62,434 nt of DNA from Cyanobacteriota bacterium (GTDB taxonomy: Bacteria; Cyanobacteriota; Cyanobacteriia; Thermostichales; Thermostichaceae), in contig JANRIL010000034.1 of the NCBI GenBank assembly GCA_033764955.1, positions 1 to 62,434 on the forward strand, in the 5' to 3' direction. The position numbers and the translations under genes were made by a program. A model generated the notes under the pieces. It did no database searches. It saw nothing but the letters and a program-made list of their open reading frames with translations, and was not told where the DNA came from. This document shows positions 1-7,773 of this stretch, piece after piece. Within the stretch, counting starts at the first letter, position 1. Every line of letters begins with the position of its first letter.

Positions 1-34
1 CGTGCCTTGCATTCCACCGCGTTCATTACTTACT

Positions 35-211
35 AACAGCGTAGGCAGAGTCTAAGACTCTTTTACGTGAGGACGGAGGGAAGGAGCCTCCGGGTGCTAT
101 GCACCACTTGAAAGGGGCAACTTTTCACGTCGCACCCAAACCATTTGGATAGTGGATCCGCAATTGGCGGACTTACCCACTGGGGAATTTACCCCACCCA
201 CCCTGCGCGTT
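35..211. other. Densely structured non-coding element (candidate ssDNA promoter/origin or ncRNA leader)
   Basis: Hairpins at 47-61, 74-92, 93-105, 109-127, 136-148, 151-181, 181-196, closed by 35-45 pairing with 202-211. Confidence 0.6.
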
Positions 212-287
212 CCCCAGACCCCATCTCCCTGTGGAAAAAGGATCCGACAGTCCTGCGGAGTGGGTGAAATTGATCAAGGTGAATGAA

Positions 288-437
288 ATGTCAGATCAAC
301 AGAACGGATCGGCAGAAACCTATTACGTGGATGACGACGGGAATGTAGTGATGGCGGTGTTTACCCTCGATGAAGCGGATCCTGATTCCGGCGAGAAGCT
401 GTTCAATTTCATGACTCGTTTACTCGGAGATGATTAA
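288..437 (+). CDS. Small acidic hypothetical protein (49 aa), array gene 1
   Basis: ATG288 lies 21 nt after repeat 1; stop abuts repeat 2; the ORF-track start at 231 would run through the repeat. Confidence 0.65.
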   Translation: MSDQQNGSAETYYVDDDGNVVMAVFTLDEADPDSGEKLFNFMTRLLGDD

Positions 438-475
438 CAGTCCTGCGGCGTGGGTGTCGTTGTGGAGACACACTC

Positions 476-625
476 ATGCTCAATTCTCAAATTGTTGAAT
501 GTCTAATGTCACAAGCTCTGGTCTGGATTGCAGAACATTTCCCAGACTGTCAACCAGATGATGTTCCTATCTATCAAGAGGTATATGTGAACCGGATCCT
601 GATGGCGGTGGCTAATCAGTTGTAG
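476..625 (+). CDS. Small hypothetical protein (49 aa, MLNSQIVECLMSQALVWIAEHFPDCQPDDVPIYQEVYVNRILMAVANQL), array gene 2, absent from the ORF track
   Basis: GGAGA RBS and ATG476 after repeat 2; TAG 623-625 overlaps repeat 3. Confidence 0.7.
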   Translation: MLNSQIVECLMSQALVWIAEHFPDCQPDDVPIYQEVYVNRILMAVANQL

Positions 626-658
626 TCCTACGGCAGGGGTGACGTTGACGGAGAGTTT

Positions 659-1012
659 ATGCTCATCACTCATCCCTGTCGTGTAGCAGTTGTGGGATCC
701 CGCACCTACTGGGATCTCAAAGCCGTGCGGGATTTCATCACTCAGTTACCAGAGGGTTGCACTGTGATCTCAGGTGGAGCCAGAGGCGTTGACCAGACGG
801 CAGAACAAGCAGCTCGTGCCAGAGGGATCCTTGTCCAAATCTACCCAGCCGACTGGCATTAACACGGAAAGTTGGCAGGGATCCGGCGTAACCACGACAT
901 TGTCCAATCTGCCGATGTAATCGTCGCCTTCTGGGACGGATCCAGCCCTGGCACCGCCCACAGCATTCAGCTTGCCAAGTCCATGAATAAACCTATCCAG
1001 ATCATTTACTGA
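659..1012 (+). pseudogene. SLOG/YspA-like (DUF2493) protein with in-frame TAA at 860-862
   Basis: VVGSR and SGGARGVD motifs; after the stop the frame continues HGKLAGIRRNHDIV...AFWDGSSPGTAHSI to TGA 1010-1012. Confidence 0.8.
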
Positions 1013-1051
1013 CAAGTCCTACGGCATGGGTGCAGAGAAGGAGCATTCACA

Positions 1052-1372
1052 ATGTCTAATTCACAAAAAATCGCACAACTAAATGACGAGTTCCGCAAGC
1101 CTCAGAGTGCCTACATTGTCATCACACCAATGGTGCAATCACTGGGATCCCAAGTCTCAGACCTACTCCAGCTAGTCAGACAGTTTAATGTCTTTAATGA
1201 AGACAATGATCCTTATGAAGAACATGACTTTGGATCCATTGACTATAATGGAGAAACCTACTTTTGGAAGATAGATTATTACGATAAAAGTTTGAAATAT
1301 CTCTCTCCAAATCCAGCAGATCCAAGTCTGACCAAAAGAGTCCTAACAGTAATGCATTCAAGTGAATACTAG
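1052..1372 (+). CDS. DUF3768-family protein
   Basis: IAQLNDEFR, NDPYEEHDFG, FWKIDYYD and TKRVLTVM motifs; AAGGAG RBS. Confidence 0.8.
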   Translation: MSNSQKIAQLNDEFRKPQSAYIVITPMVQSLGSQVSDLLQLVRQFNVFNEDNDPYEEHDFGSIDYNGETYFWKIDYYDKSLKYLSPNPADPSLTKRVLTVMHSSEY

Positions 1373-1407
1373 TCCTGCGGAATGGGTGTCGTTAAGAGGG
1401 CTAAATC

Positions 1408-1839
1408 ATGATGACTAAAGAGAAAATGTTGTACTCTCGCACTGCTGCCAGCCGGATCCTGGGAGTCATGCCTCATCACGTTCAGATCCAAGTCTAGCCT
1501 AGAGTTGTGTTGGCTCAGGTAAAGGGATCCCGTCCCCGCTTCCTGTCTCGAAAAACCTTCCACCAAGACTTTGTGGAAACTCGTAGATCTGCTGCGATGG
1601 ATCTGCATTGTAAGCTAATTTACCCAGGTAGATATGCCGTTTTCAATTCAGAGAATGGACATCAGCATCAAGTCTTACTCCATGATTCTGGATTACATTG
1701 CACTTGTGATGATTATCAAAATCAGAAAGCTTTCTTTAAGCAGGCTTGTTGTAAGCATTGTTACGCTGTTCTGTTTGCTAATGGTTATCAAAATTTGCGA
1801 GAATATATCAATGCAAAACACTCAAAATTCGTTGGCTAG
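1408..1839 (+). pseudogene. SWIM zinc-finger protein with in-frame TAG at 1495-1497
   Basis: ATG1408 after repeat 5 is in frame with ORF 1507-1839; CTCDDY...CKHC SWIM motif. Confidence 0.7.
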
Positions 1840-1890
1840 ATTAGTCCTTTCGTATGGATGAATTGTCGTTTCTCAAAAGGAGAAATTATC

Positions 1891-2418
1891 ATGTTTGTGA
1901 ATGCGTTTACTACCCCTGATCTAAAAGGGATCACCTACATTCCTGGTCGCCCCTGTCAGTATCGTGCTGACTGTAAATCTGGTGTGTTCAAAATTGGCGA
2001 ATCTAAGTTTGTCGGATCCACATTGGCAATGGAAATCCTATCTTGGCGCACCTTTGAAGACCAACTCTTTGACTATCCCCATCAGACTTGGTTGGAAATT
2101 CTGTTTGTGGATCCGCGTAATGTCGTGAGCCATGTCCTCTTCAAGACCCAGAGCCTGGACAACTTCCTCGATTTCATGCTGGATCTGGCCTCACAAGGCA
2201 AAGCCGTCGGAGAAGGGGTGACTACCGCCAGAATGTCCAAACGCTCAGGAGATCTGGGTGTCTACTATGCCGTCGAGTGTGAGTGGAAGGAATCTGACAA
2301 AAAACGAGTGACCGAGCTGCAAGCCTTTGCCAGTGAGCAGGATCTCTATGCATCCCGCTTAGCGGATGTCCGGCAGCTCAAAGATGCTGGAGCACAGCCG
2401 TTGGAACTGCCTGCATAG
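1891..2418 (+). CDS. Hypothetical protein, last array gene (possibly SSB/OB-fold-like)
   Basis: AAGGAG RBS and ATG1891 after repeat 6; fold is inference only. Confidence 0.65.
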   Translation: MFVNAFTTPDLKGITYIPGRPCQYRADCKSGVFKIGESKFVGSTLAMEILSWRTFEDQLFDYPHQTWLEILFVDPRNVVSHVLFKTQSLDNFLDFMLDLASQGKAVGEGVTTARMSKRSGDLGVYYAVECEWKESDKKRVTELQAFASEQDLYASRLADVRQLKDAGAQPLELPA

Positions 2419-2425
2419 ATTGATT

Positions 2426-2458
2426 GGGGATCCTCATGTGAAGGGGATCCCTTTTCTT
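2426..2458 (+). terminator. Intrinsic terminator closing the array
   Basis: Stem GGGATCCTC/GGGGATCCC followed by TTTTCTT. Confidence 0.65.
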
Positions 2459-2530
2459 GGTCGCCCTACCGCCTGGTGAGGTAGTGTACCAGGCTCCACC
2501 CCGACACCCCACCCACCATGAAACTCTCCA

Positions 2531-5500
2531 TCATGCGGCTGCTTTAGATCGCACCTCTTGAAGAATTTGGACGAGCTGCTTTACCTCAGCAGGAAGGAAC
2601 AAACCGCTAACCCCTTGATCGTCAAGATCAGTGAAGGGACTTTCGTATAGGCGACGGGGATCTATCACACCCTGCTCTGTTAGGTGCTCAATAATCAAGT
2701 CGATAAATTCGATTTGGTTAGCATTTAAGTTCTTGCCATTCATAAAGGTGGATAAAGCCTGTTTTGCTGCTTCACGATCTAATCCTAACAGTGTGCGAAT
2801 AAATAACCCTAGTCCGCCATCGGTGGATCGAATTGTCTCAAGTTCCTCAGTGCTGGCCACACCCTCATCCAGAAAGATCCGCTCTAGTTCAGAGAGATCA
2901 AGAGGTGTTAGTTGCTGGTTTAGCTTAAGTTTCTGAATAGTGATGTGATTTTCGTGTTGGGTAAGAAAGTGACGTACTTTTCTCATGAATCGGGCTTTAT
3001 CAGTACCATTAGAAACGGCAGGGAGATTGATTGTGATCGCTTGGCCTATCTCATCCTCAAAATCGGTATAGACAATCTTACGACTCTCAAAGGTAATCAA
3101 TTTAACTAAGGAACGTAGATGAATTCTTACTTGTTCCAGGATGGGTAGAGTGATATCTTGCCAAAAATCATCGGTTAAGATCTCCAGGATCAGCTCCAAT
3201 TTAGAGGCGACCATCGGAATATTTCCTAATTCTGAAAGTTGTAACGCAACGGTCTTAATTCGCTCTTGATATCGGATAAGACTGGGATCCCTATGCAGCA
3301 GAGCAAGCTGAGATTGAAGTACCACATAATCAAACTGTCTGGCAGTTAGATCGTCGTCGTCTAGAGAGCTAGGTAAACCTGCAATGTGTTCGGTTAGTTC
3401 GGTGCGTTCTATTGAACCTAATTGCTCCCATGTTTGTGGAGTCTGAAATTTTTCGACGAGCCGACGTTTCGGCCTGACGATGAAGTTTTCTAGACTCATA
3501 CCTGCTATTTCTTGATGGAGACGCTCGGCAATTTCTTGTTGCAACGGGAGCAGGGTATCGTTAGCCGCTTTTTCGATTTCATCTAGCAGTGTAACGCGAG
3601 CAGTAAAGAGCTTTTTAGCCAAAGATGGCCCTAAGGCTTTATCGGCAATGGCGGGATTTTGGTTAAAAAACTCGAAGTTTTGGCAGAAGTCAAATACTAA
3701 GAAATCTTCTTTGTGCCGATCAGGACCAAATAAGTTTTGGCAGAGGCGAGTACCGCGCCCGATCATCTGCCAGAATTTGGTTTTTGAGCGGACGATCTTG
3801 AAGAAGACCAAGTTGACCACTTCCGGTACATCAATACCCGTGTCGAGCATATCGACGGAGATGGCTATATGAGGAGCTTTGGCTGGAATGGAGAAATCAT
3901 CGATCAGAGATTGGGCATATTCCACCTTGTTGTCGATGACACGGGCAAAATGTCCTTTTAGGTGGGGGTAGTTGGCATCGAACCGTTGGGCAATGAATTC
4001 GGCATGGTTGTGGTTTTTGGCAAAGATAATTGTTTTACCCAGTCGATCACCTTCATCGACTTTTAAGCCGTTGGTCATGACATGCTCAAGCACTTTATCA
4101 ACAGTATCGATGTTGAATAGCCAATCATTGAGGGCAGAAGCCTCGACTTGATCCGGTACATTGCCATCCTCAGACCAATCCAGGGCATCCCATTCTGACT
4201 TTTCTTCATCAGATAAGTCGTCATACCGGATCCCTTCCCGTTGGAACTTCAGCGGCACTGAGATGGCTTTGGGAGGAACCAGAAACCCATCAGCGACCGC
4301 TTGATCGAGATCGTAGGAATCGGTGGGAACACCGCTCTCTAGCTCAAAGAGGGAATAGGTATCGCGGTCGATCTCGGTGCGAGGGGTGGCGGTCAGCCCT
4401 ACCAGTAGGCAATCAAAATACTCAAAGATAGAGCGATATTTCCGGTATACGGAACGGTGGGCTTCATCAATCACCAGCAGATCAAAATGACCGGATCCAA
4501 AGCGGCGTTGACCATTCTGCATCTCGTCGATCAGACTCACCATCGTTGGATAGGTGGAGACATAGATGCGGCCTTCTGTAGCTTTTTCCGTGACCAGATT
4601 GACGGGCGCTGTCTGGGGTAAGTGGGTTTTGAAGGCGTTCACGGCTTGTTTGACTAATGCCACCCGATCCGCTAGGAAGAGGGCGCGTTTTACCCAGTTG
4701 GCTCGCATCAATTGATCGATCAGGGCGATTACGGTGCGGGTCTTTCCGGATCCGGTGGCCATGACCAGGAGCGCCTTACGGAGATTATCTTTCTCAAAGG
4801 CTTCGCCAATTCTTCGGATGGCACGGGTCTGGTAATAGCGACCGACGATGCTAGTGTCGATGTCAGTAGACCCTAAGGATTTTTTAGTGGTGCGACGTTG
4901 ATGCAATAACATCAGTTCGTCTTTTTTGAGAAAGCCTTGTATGGGTCGGGGCGGGTAAGTCACATCATCCCAGAGCCAATGTTCATAGCCATTGGTGTAG
5001 AAGATGATCGGTCGTTGACCGAATTGCTGCTCCAAGCAGTCGGCGTAGAGCTTGGCCTGTTGTTTACCCGCACGCGGATCCCGTTGAGTGCGTTTGGCTT
5101 CGATCAAGGCGAGGGGTTTGCCGTCGTTACCCCAGAGGACGTAATCTACATAGCCCTCTCCGGTTTGATTGGGCATACCTGTGACAGGGAATTCCCGATC
5201 TCGGGGTTGGTTAAGCGGCCAGCCTGCCTCATTCAACAACAAGTCGATAAAGAGGTCGCGGGTTTGGGCTTCGTTGTAGTCGTGGTTATCGGGTGCGGAC
5301 TGGTTGGCTTGTTTGACGGCGGCAATTTCGGCTTGTAGGCGTTGGATCTCGGCTTCTAGTTGGGCGCGTTGCTGTTCGGTTTGGATCTGGGCTGCTTCGG
5401 CTTGTTGCTGAGCTTTAGCTTGGTTTTCGTAATCTTTGGCGATAGTCTGCAATCGCTTAAGGGTGGTGGCTGCTACTTGGGTGGTTTGGGGTAGGGCTTC

Positions 5501-5911
5501 CTGACTAAATTGATAACCTGATTCCGGTTTGGATCCTGTGGCATAGGAGCGCACCAACCAATAGCTAACATGAAACAGTTCTCGTAGGGCGTTGATGGCC
5601 GTTTGGGTGGTGACTGGGCGGGAATCATGCACGGCACGGTTGCCTAAGTCTTTGATCACCTTGGTTTTAGCCAGGAGTGATTGACCCACGACCGCTATGA
5701 AAGTTGGCTCGTGGATCAGGGCGGATAGGTTATTGTCATAGGGCTTGCGTAGGGATCTGTCGTGTTCATACATCCAGTTGATCGCGGTTTCTAAGGCGAA
5801 GCGGGCATAGAAACAGGCGGCACGCGGATCCGATAGGGCAAGGGTTTCGGCACGTCGGGCGTGCTCAAATACAGAAGTAAATTCGGGTTGGAGAAAGGAG
5901 AATTGGCTCAT
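2531..5911 (-). CDS. hsdR: Type I restriction enzyme R subunit (EcoKI/EcoAI-like, N-terminal DUF4145)
   Basis: DYVL...IEAK nuclease motif, MATGSGKT, DEAHRS, QMIGRGTR. Confidence 0.95.
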   Translation of the reverse strand: MSQFSFLQPEFTSVFEHARRAETLALSDPRAACFYARFALETAINWMYEHDRSLRKPYDNNLSALIHEPTFIAVVGQSLLAKTKVIKDLGNRAVHDSRPVTTQTAINALRELFHVSYWLVRSYATGSKPESGYQFSQEALPQTTQVAATTLKRLQTIAKDYENQAKAQQQAEAAQIQTEQQRAQLEAEIQRLQAEIAAVKQANQSAPDNHDYNEAQTRDLFIDLLLNEAGWPLNQPRDREFPVTGMPNQTGEGYVDYVLWGNDGKPLALIEAKRTQRDPRAGKQQAKLYADCLEQQFGQRPIIFYTNGYEHWLWDDVTYPPRPIQGFLKKDELMLLHQRRTTKKSLGSTDIDTSIVGRYYQTRAIRRIGEAFEKDNLRKALLVMATGSGKTRTVIALIDQLMRANWVKRALFLADRVALVKQAVNAFKTHLPQTAPVNLVTEKATEGRIYVSTYPTMVSLIDEMQNGQRRFGSGHFDLLVIDEAHRSVYRKYRSIFEYFDCLLVGLTATPRTEIDRDTYSLFELESGVPTDSYDLDQAVADGFLVPPKAISVPLKFQREGIRYDDLSDEEKSEWDALDWSEDGNVPDQVEASALNDWLFNIDTVDKVLEHVMTNGLKVDEGDRLGKTIIFAKNHNHAEFIAQRFDANYPHLKGHFARVIDNKVEYAQSLIDDFSIPAKAPHIAISVDMLDTGIDVPEVVNLVFFKIVRSKTKFWQMIGRGTRLCQNLFGPDRHKEDFLVFDFCQNFEFFNQNPAIADKALGPSLAKKLFTARVTLLDEIEKAANDTLLPLQQEIAERLHQEIAGMSLENFIVRPKRRLVEKFQTPQTWEQLGSIERTELTEHIAGLPSSLDDDDLTARQFDYVVLQSQLALLHRDPSLIRYQERIKTVALQLSELGNIPMVASKLELILEILTDDFWQDITLPILEQVRIHLRSLVKLITFESRKIVYTDFEDEIGQAITINLPAVSNGTDKARFMRKVRHFLTQHENHITIQKLKLNQQLTPLDLSELERIFLDEGVASTEELETIRSTDGGLGLFIRTLLGLDREAAKQALSTFMNGKNLNANQIEFIDLIIEHLTEQGVIDPRRLYESPFTDLDDQGVSGLFLPAEVKQLVQILQEVRSKAAA

Positions 5912-7095
5912 AGGTGAACCTCATCGGTGCCTGGAACTGGATCACTGAATAACTTAATGTAGGGCGCATATTGAAAGCGTCTGTTGCGTGCGTAGCCAGT
6001 CATCTCGATAAGCACACCCAGATCTGCCAGCTTCGATACCAGTGTATTGGCTGCTGAATAAGTGGTGCCAGTTAAGCTCTGTACGTCACTTACAGTTACA
6101 ATCGGTCGATCAAATAAGAACTCCAAAACCTTGTGCCCATTGCCAGAAGCACGTCCTAACTTTTCAGTGATGGCACTGCGATGTTGTTCACGCAGTATCA
6201 GAATCCGTCTAGCCGTTTCTGCTGCCTCACCAGCGATACTGACCACCCCTTGCAAGAAGAACTTTAGCCATGCTTCCCATTCACCGTAGTCACGCACGGA
6301 CTGTAGGTGTTCATAGTAGGTTTGTCGATGCTGCTTGAAGTAGTGTGACAAGTACAGCACAGGCTTATGCAGCACACCGCGTTCAGTCAGCAAAAAAGTA
6401 ATAAGTAGCCGCCCGACCCGTCCATTGCCGTCTAGAAAAGGATGAATAGTCTCAAACTGGACATGAGCCAGTGCGATCTTCACCAGCGGCGGCAGACTAT
6501 CCTTGTTATGCAGGAAGGTCTCTAGCTCACCCAATATTCTGGGAACTTCGTGGTGTGGCGGTGGTACGAAAATAGCAGTATTCAGGGTGCATCCCGACGG
6601 GCCGATCCAATTCTGGGTTGCACGCAGTTCTCCAGGTTGGAGTTGACCGCCTCTGACACCCTTTAACAACTCTGCATGGATTTCACGGATCAGCCGCACA
6701 GAAACTGGAAGAGTGGCTAGCCGATCTAGCCCATAGTTCATTGCACGGACGTAATTGACCACTTCATCCACATCTCGAGGGAGTTCGTGGTCGAATAATT
6801 GGGCTTCGGCGGCCAGCAAGTCTTGGAGCGAGCTTTGCGTTCCTTCGATCTGGCTGGAGAGAACCGCCTCTTTGCGCACATACATGAAGACGAAGAGATC
6901 AGGGTTTGGCAGGGTCAACACAGATCCATCCAGTCGCCCGATAGCTCGGTCGGCATCGGACAGCAAACCCGCCAGTTCTCCACCTAGATCCAATGCGGGA
7001 ATGGGTGGCAGGGGTGCGGGCATAAAGGCGCGGTAGCCCAGGGATTGACTAATGTATCTACCTGCTCGGTTGGAGGCCGTGGCGTTGCCTTCCAT
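5908..7095 (-). CDS. Fic-family protein with C-terminal HTH-like region
   Basis: HPFLDGNGRVGR Fic motif; SSQIEG inhibitory motif. Confidence 0.93.
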   Translation of the reverse strand: MEGNATASNRAGRYISQSLGYRAFMPAPLPPIPALDLGGELAGLLSDADRAIGRLDGSVLTLPNPDLFVFMYVRKEAVLSSQIEGTQSSLQDLLAAEAQLFDHELPRDVDEVVNYVRAMNYGLDRLATLPVSVRLIREIHAELLKGVRGGQLQPGELRATQNWIGPSGCTLNTAIFVPPPHHEVPRILGELETFLHNKDSLPPLVKIALAHVQFETIHPFLDGNGRVGRLLITFLLTERGVLHKPVLYLSHYFKQHRQTYYEHLQSVRDYGEWEAWLKFFLQGVVSIAGEAAETARRILILREQHRSAITEKLGRASGNGHKVLEFLFDRPIVTVSDVQSLTGTTYSAANTLVSKLADLGVLIEMTGYARNRRFQYAPYIKLFSDPVPGTDEVHL

Positions 7096-7158
7096 ACTAT
7101 GGGCTGCCTTGCATATGGGCTGAAAATCCTTCCATATTATAGGCTGCCTTGCATATGG
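7088..7158. promoter_or_regulatory. Tandem 31-bp direct repeat containing four CCTT(C/G)CATA boxes over the fic start; probable operator
   Basis: 7088-7118 vs 7128-7158 differ at 2 positions; boxes at 7088, 7107, 7128, 7147. Confidence 0.55.
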
Positions 7159-7284
7159 AACGGATCCGTCGCCATATTATAGTTTTGGCAGATGTAGTCA
7201 AAGCCTGTCTTTGCGCCAAAGAGAATATCTCGAAAGACGTGGTTGATAAATTCTTATTGAATAATTGAAAATTCTCTCTTGTCA

Positions 7285-7773
7285 TCACTTAGAAAGTTGG
7301 TGATAGTTTTTTAGATCTTGATCGAGAGCCCAAATGAATACTTCACTCATCGGAAAACGTATACATAATTTATTGAATTCTTCGATGATGCTGAGATCGC
7401 CAAAACTAGTTCCTTCTTGTTTATTAGGAGCTTTGTTTTGACCAGCTCGGTCAGGGAATCCGTCGATCCACTCTAATATTTCAGTCGTGTTGGGGAATGG
7501 AGTTGGTGACCAAGGAGCTGTACCCTGAAATGAGTTTTTTACAGTATCAACAAAACGCCTAGCAGCTTGCCTTCGCATTGTGCCATTACCATTCTGGGCT
7601 ATGTGATTACCTGTTTCAAGAATGGTAGCCATAGGCAGTAAAAAAGTGCACCCTAGATCAATATACTCTCGAAAATCTTGTAATACTATAGCTTTGTCTT
7701 GAGTGAAGTTTGGAACCTCAAGAAGGATAAGGAATATACTGGTATCAATGAGACAGATGCTAGTCATTGACAT
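7285..7773 (-). CDS. PIN-domain-like protein
   Basis: Acidic residues in PIN spacing: IDTS, ILETGNH, GDLSI, LDQDL; overlaps the ATPase stop. Confidence 0.7.
   Translation of the reverse strand: MSMTSICLIDTSIFLILLEVPNFTQDKAIVLQDFREYIDLGCTFLLPMATILETGNHIAQNGNGTMRRQAARRFVDTVKNSFQGTAPWSPTPFPNTTEILEWIDGFPDRAGQNKAPNKQEGTSFGDLSIIEEFNKLCIRFPMSEVFIWALDQDLKNYHQLSK

Larger units (their letters stand above)
249..1860 (+). repeat. Six dispersed 18-bp direct repeats, consensus AGTCCTRCGGNRKGGGTG, one before each small gene
   Basis: Copies at 249-266, 439-456, 624-641, 1015-1032, 1371-1388 and a degenerate copy at 1843-1860. Confidence 0.92.

Noticed and set aside
659..1839. Stop-codon reassignment or programmed readthrough
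   Set aside because: Two different stops (TAA, TAG), both used as normal terminators in neighbouring genes; nonsense mutation is simpler
249..1860. CRISPR array
   Set aside because: Intervals are about 170-450 nt, variable and protein-coding; repeats are only 18 bp; no cas genes in the window
249..1860. Integron attC sites
   Set aside because: No RYYYAAC...GTTRRRY inverted cores or long palindrome, and no intI visible
5500..5911. HEPN-like DUF4145 on HsdR as a novel fusion
   Set aside because: Common N-terminal domain in this HsdR family
7097..7288. 63-aa ORF between PIN and fic
   Set aside because: Runs through the operator-like repeats and has no recognisable motif; likely spurious
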